This document shows positions 34,290 through 35,814 of a DNA stretch of 35,814 nucleotides, piece after piece. The notes below the pieces were generated by a model. It was not told the DNA's origin. It made no database searches and saw nothing but the letters and a program-made list of their open reading frames with translations. The stretch spans positions 1-35,814 of the forward strand of contig CAZEHL010000005.1 of the NCBI GenBank assembly GCA_964512155.1, given 5' to 3'. Source of the stretch: an uncultured Gammaproteobacteria bacterium. Its GTDB lineage: Bacteria > Patescibacteriota > Patescibacteriia > Patescibacteriales > JAGXOH01. The position numbers were made by a program, and so were the translations under genes. Positions within the stretch are counted from its first letter, which is position 1, and the number at the start of each line of letters is the position of its first letter.

Positions 34290-34318
34290 ATTTAACCGTT
34301 TGTTCTTTTGGTTGTCAA
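34290..34318 (-). promoter_or_regulatory. candidate promoter of the toxin-helicase operon
   Basis: Minus-strand reading: TTGACA (34318-34313), 17-nt spacer, TTAAAT (34295-34290), about 35 nt upstream of ATG 34255. Confidence 0.5.
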
Positions 34319-34443
34319 AGAACATTTTGATATTCAAATTTTAGCCAAAACAATACAAAAAATCTTTAACGAAAAAATTTGAATATCATTAGAGATTTAA
34401 CATAAAATCGGAAAAAAATCAATAGTTCTTTATAATAAAATAA

Positions 34444-34476
34444 TAAAAAACAACCCCGGTGATATCCGAGGCTGTT
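34444..34476 (-). terminator. intrinsic terminator after the tandem SUKH pair
   Basis: Minus strand: caacagcctcgg-atatca-ccggggttg (bulged, about 9 bp) followed by ttttttatt. Confidence 0.5.
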
Positions 34477-34522
34477 GCAAAGTTACATTCTTTTTATTTT
34501 TTTGAAGTTGTTAGTTTTAGTT

Positions 34523-35113
34523 TTATGAATTTAAATTATTTCTCCCTTCCTTTTCTTTTTCGTTCGCATCCTTGATCTCTTGGAATTTCCTGAAAAGGTA
34601 ATCCCAGAAATCATATCCTTCCAGCCAGAAGTCTTCCTTTTTGCCGTTGATGTGAGTGATGGTCCAGCTAGGATGATTCTGAAACCATTCTTCCGTAGGA
34701 ATATTGGGATAGGCTTGATCCGGAACACAATAAGAGTCCCAATAGACCACTTGGCCAAATCTTTCTCCTTTGCCAACCACACAGTAATATCCGCCCATGC
34801 CATCCAGATTTACTATTATAAGGTCATCGGGTAGTTCTAGGCCATCTCTTAACTCCAGTGTCATCCCTAGGGCGGACCATAAATACTCTCCAGAATTTAA
34901 TAAAGCATCACTATCTTCCGGAATCACACTACCTAATAAATCCATAGAGGGGATACACCCGTAATTGAGCAGAAATTCCCTGTATTCCGGAGGAGTTTTC
35001 AGGTCCAACTTTTTCTCTATTTCCTGAATTCCGTCCTCGGTCATTGGTTCCCCGAAATCCAGATTTGATTCCCGGGTCCAAGCGTTCATTTTTTGTTTGA
35101 TTTCTTGATTCAT
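34523..35113 (-). CDS. SUKH (SMI1/KNR4) family immunity protein, tandem paralog 1
   Basis: 196 aa. GIQEIEKKLDLKTPPEYREFLLNYGC...LDGMGGYYCVVGKGERFGQVVYWD...EDFWLEGYDFWDYLFRKF. Confidence 0.85.
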   Translation of the reverse strand: MNQEIKQKMNAWTRESNLDFGEPMTEDGIQEIEKKLDLKTPPEYREFLLNYGCIPSMDLLGSVIPEDSDALLNSGEYLWSALGMTLELRDGLELPDDLIIVNLDGMGGYYCVVGKGERFGQVVYWDSYCVPDQAYPNIPTEEWFQNHPSWTITHINGKKEDFWLEGYDFWDYLFRKFQEIKDANEKEKEGRNNLNS

Positions 35114-35116
35114 AAT

Positions 35117-35719
35117 TTAGTCTTTACTGTTTTTATCGCCTTCCTCTTCCTTTTCCTTTTCCTTTTCGTTCGCATCCTTAATCTTCTGGAATTTCCTGAA
35201 TAGATAATCCCAGAAATCATAGCCCCTCAACCAAAAGTCTTCTTTTTTGCTGTTGATGTGGCCGACAGTCCAGTTAGGGTGCCTCTGAAACCAATTCTCT
35301 GTAGGGATATTGGGATAAACCTGATCCGGGACGCAATAAGAGTCCCAATAGACCACTTGGCCAAATCTTTCTCCTTTGCCAACCACACAGTAATATCCGC
35401 CCATGCCATCCAGATTTACTATTATAAGGTCATCGGGTAGTTCTAGGCCATCTCTTAACTCCAGTGTCATCCCTAGGGCGGACCATAAATACTCTCCAGA
35501 ATTTAATAAAGCATCACTATCTTCCGGAATCACACTACCTAATAAATCCATAGAGGGGATACACCCGTAATTGAGCAGAAATTCCCTGTATTCCGGAGGA
35601 GTTTTCAGGTCCAACTTTTTCTCTATTTCCTGAATTCCGTCCTCGGTCATTGGTTCCCCGAAATCCAGATTTAATTCCCGGGTCCAAGCGTTCATTTTTT
35701 GTTTGATCTCTTGGTTCAT
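35117..35719 (-). CDS. SUKH (SMI1/KNR4) family immunity protein, tandem paralog 2
   Basis: Identical to paralog 1 except one residue (L for S at position 15) until position 143 (V for A), then divergent. Start set at ATG 35719 (GGAG RBS) rather than the track start 35767. Confidence 0.85.
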   Translation of the reverse strand: MNQEIKQKMNAWTRELNLDFGEPMTEDGIQEIEKKLDLKTPPEYREFLLNYGCIPSMDLLGSVIPEDSDALLNSGEYLWSALGMTLELRDGLELPDDLIIVNLDGMGGYYCVVGKGERFGQVVYWDSYCVPDQVYPNIPTENWFQRHPNWTVGHINSKKEDFWLRGYDFWDYLFRKFQKIKDANEKEKEKEEEGDKNSKD

Positions 35720-35732
35720 AATTATTCTCCTT

Positions 35733-35814
35733 TTAAGATTGATTGTTTTCTTCCTTAATTGATTCAATAAAGTCCTCTGTCCAATCGCCCAAATGTTGCC
35801 TTAACGCAAACTCA
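35733..35814 (-). CDS. 3' end of a further minus-strand gene running off the window
   Basis: Open frame to the window edge, ending ...EFALRQHLGDWTEDFIESIKEENNQS*. The stop is 13 nt before the next ATG and overlaps its RBS. Confidence 0.4.
   Translation of the reverse strand, partial: EFALRQHLGDWTEDFIESIKEENNQS

Larger units (their letters stand above)
34523..35722 (-). repeat. tandem gene duplication (about 600-bp unit, two copies) with mosaic identity
   Basis: 34728-35066 is base-for-base identical to 35334-35672 (339 bp, offset 606). The 3' approximately 200 bp of each copy differs at many positions and by a 12-nt indel. Confidence 0.9.

Noticed and set aside
34523-35722. Diversity-generating retroelement (TR/VR pair) as an explanation for the diverged 3' parts of the tandem SUKH genes
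   Set aside because: Substitutions are of all types rather than adenine-specific. No reverse transcriptase gene in the window.

Overview
Low-GC bacterial window. The compact, aaRS-rich gene content suggests a reduced-genome uncultivated lineage such as CPR/Patescibacteria, but that is inference only. All composition statements are by eye, not computed. (1) 1-4.5 kb is a moderate-GC block: DUF192 lipoprotein, PAS-GGDEF cyclase, YerC/TrpR-like regulator, GNAT, AstE/AspA-type deacylase. (2) About 4.5-16.8 kb is visibly more AT-rich and looks accessory. It holds an M16 peptidase; an operon of a stand-alone AsnRS-like catalytic core, a SAM methyltransferase and an MccF/LdcA-type S66 peptidase; a complete IS4-like element with 28-bp inverted repeats; cysS; a GNAT plus two translationally coupled radical-SAM/SPASM enzymes; and a methyltransferase-like gene. 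A conserved intergenic element is present in four full or partial copies, and the IS splits one of them. (3) 16.8-25 kb is housekeeping: 7TM-GAF histidine kinase, MazG-like, metG, archaeal-type proS, ABC exporter. (4) 25.0-35.8 kb on the minus strand is the most unusual part. One promoter-to-terminator operon encodes a WHH-type HNH/EndoVII nuclease toxin, a SUKH (SMI1/KNR4) immunity protein, a 945-aa protein with an N-terminal SUKH domain fused to about 800 aa of unrecognisable sequence, a 1238-aa Zn-ribbon/DEAH/S1 helicase and a DHH-like phosphoesterase. A separately terminated tandem pair of SUKH paralogs with mosaic identity lies upstream. I propose this as a candidate undescribed nucleic-acid-targeting conflict/defence system built around a toxin-immunity pair. 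No rRNA, tRNA or CRISPR array was found.
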